This document shows positions 63,179-64,000 of a DNA stretch of 64,000 nucleotides, piece after piece. A program made the translations under genes and the position numbers. How positions within the stretch are numbered: position 1 is the first letter of the stretch; each line of letters begins with the position of its first letter. The notes under the pieces were generated by a model. That model was not told where the DNA came from, made no database searches, and saw only the letters and a program-made list of their open reading frames with translations. The stretch is from Betaproteobacteria bacterium (lineage in GTDB: Bacteria > Pseudomonadota > Gammaproteobacteria > Burkholderiales > CAIKXV01): NCBI GenBank assembly GCA_947457885.1, contig CANGXU010000004.1, positions 222 through 64,221 on the forward strand. The letters are read 5' to 3'.

Positions 63179-63231
63179 TGGACGTCGACCGCGCATATCC
63201 CATAGTATCGCAGGGAGAACGAATGGAGAAC
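63179..63231. promoter_or_regulatory. Overlapping divergent promoters with a GAAC-N7-GAAC putative LexA operator
   Basis: Plus strand: TGGACG-N18-TAGTAT (63179-63208). Minus strand: TTCTCC-N17-TACTAT. Direct repeat GAGAAC-gaatg-GAGAAC at 63215-63231. Confidence 0.7.
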
Positions 63232-63243
63232 AGCGTGCCCGAC

Positions 63244-64000
63244 ATGACGATTCCCGCCCGGGCGCACGGCCCCGACACCCCGGGGTCGGTGCGCGCGCTA
63301 CGCCGCCGCTCGAAGGCGGACCACCGAACCGAGGCGGCGCCGCCCGCCCTGGCACTCGAGCCGCTGCTGGCCCGGCTCGAGCGCCGCTATGGCGACCGCA
63401 TCACCGCGCACCGGGTCGCGCCAGCCCGGGCGGCGAAGTTCGCACCGTTCCCGGACGACCTCGACCCGGCACTGCGCCGGGCCCTGGGCGTACGCGGCAT
63501 CGAATCGCTGTACACGCACCAGCGTGCGGCCTGGGACAGCGTTCGCGCCGGCGCCCACACGGTGGTCGTCACCCCGACGGCATCGGGCAAGACGCTCTGC
63601 TACAACCTGCCGGTGCTGCAGGCCGTGCGGGAAACCGGCGCGAAAGCCCTCTACCTGTTCCCGACCAAGGCGCTGGCCCAGGACCAGGTGGCAGAGTTGC
63701 TGGCCCTCAACGAAGCGGGCGAACTGGGCGTACGCGCATTCACCTTCGATGGCGACACACCCGGCGATGCTCGCCAGGCGATCCGCACCCGCGGCGACAT
63801 CGTGGTGTCGAACCCCGACATGCTGCACCAGGCCATCCTGCCGCACCACACGAAGTGGGCACAGCTGTTCGAGAACCTGAAGTACGTGGTGATCGACGAG
63901 ATGCACAGCTACCGCGGCGTGTTCGGCTCGCATGTCGCGAACGTGATGCGCAGGCTTCGGCGCATCTGCCGGTTCCACGGATCCGACCCGGTGTTCATCC
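63244..64000 (+). CDS. DEAD/DEAH-box helicase, MrfA/YprA (Hrq1/SftH-like) family; truncated by the window end
   Basis: Hand translation from ATG 63244: 'GIESLYTHQ', Walker A 'TPTASGKTLCYNLPV', 'YLFPTKALAQDQ', 'FDGDTP', 'NPDMLHQAILPHHTKW', 'VIDEMHSYRGVFGSHVANVMRRL'. Confidence 0.92.
   Translation, partial: MTIPARAHGPDTPGSVRALRRRSKADHRTEAAPPALALEPLLARLERRYGDRITAHRVAPARAAKFAPFPDDLDPALRRALGVRGIESLYTHQRAAWDSVRAGAHTVVVTPTASGKTLCYNLPVLQAVRETGAKALYLFPTKALAQDQVAELLALNEAGELGVRAFTFDGDTPGDARQAIRTRGDIVVSNPDMLHQAILPHHTKWAQLFENLKYVVIDEMHSYRGVFGSHVANVMRRLRRICRFHGSDPVFI

Noticed and set aside
63244-64000. Helicase as part of an anti-phage system (DISARM, Druantia or Dpd DUF1998 helicases)
   Set aside because: The motifs and LexA linkage fit the MrfA/YprA repair family, and no defence genes are visible. 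Downstream context is outside the window, so this is not fully excluded.

Overview
A GC-rich (about 70% by eye), gene-dense chromosomal segment, most likely from a betaproteobacterium. This is inferred from Bug/TctC solute-binding proteins and the yhdP-nit-tldD / glnE, ilvE-zf-CHCC-waaF and lolCD / recJ-prfB-lysS synteny. It holds about 56 CDS, mostly housekeeping, envelope and repair genes: clpB, nadC, tldD, yhdP, glnE, ilvE, waaF, algC-type PMM/PGM, comEC, lolCD, recJ, frameshifted prfB, lysS, mscS, mltB and lexA. I saw no tRNA, rRNA, IS element, integrase or CRISPR array. Five things stand out. (1) A non-canonical LexA is divergent from an MrfA/YprA-like DEAH helicase, with an alphaproteobacterial-type GAAC-N7-GAAC direct repeat over the shared promoter and no CTGT-N8-ACAG box; lexA is translationally coupled to mltB. 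(2) A single-domain voltage-gated channel has a TLEGWAE filter, resembling the Ca2+-selective CavMr type. (3) A rearranged, Fur-boxed Fe3+ ABC system has an ATPase with a CxxxCxxCxxxC insert. (4) nadC is followed by two Cys-variant Bug paralogs and a non-CODH molybdo-hydroxylase of unknown substrate. (5) There is an orphan mini-secretin, and an amidase that lacks its catalytic Lys. All calls come from motif reading by eye; no database searches were run.
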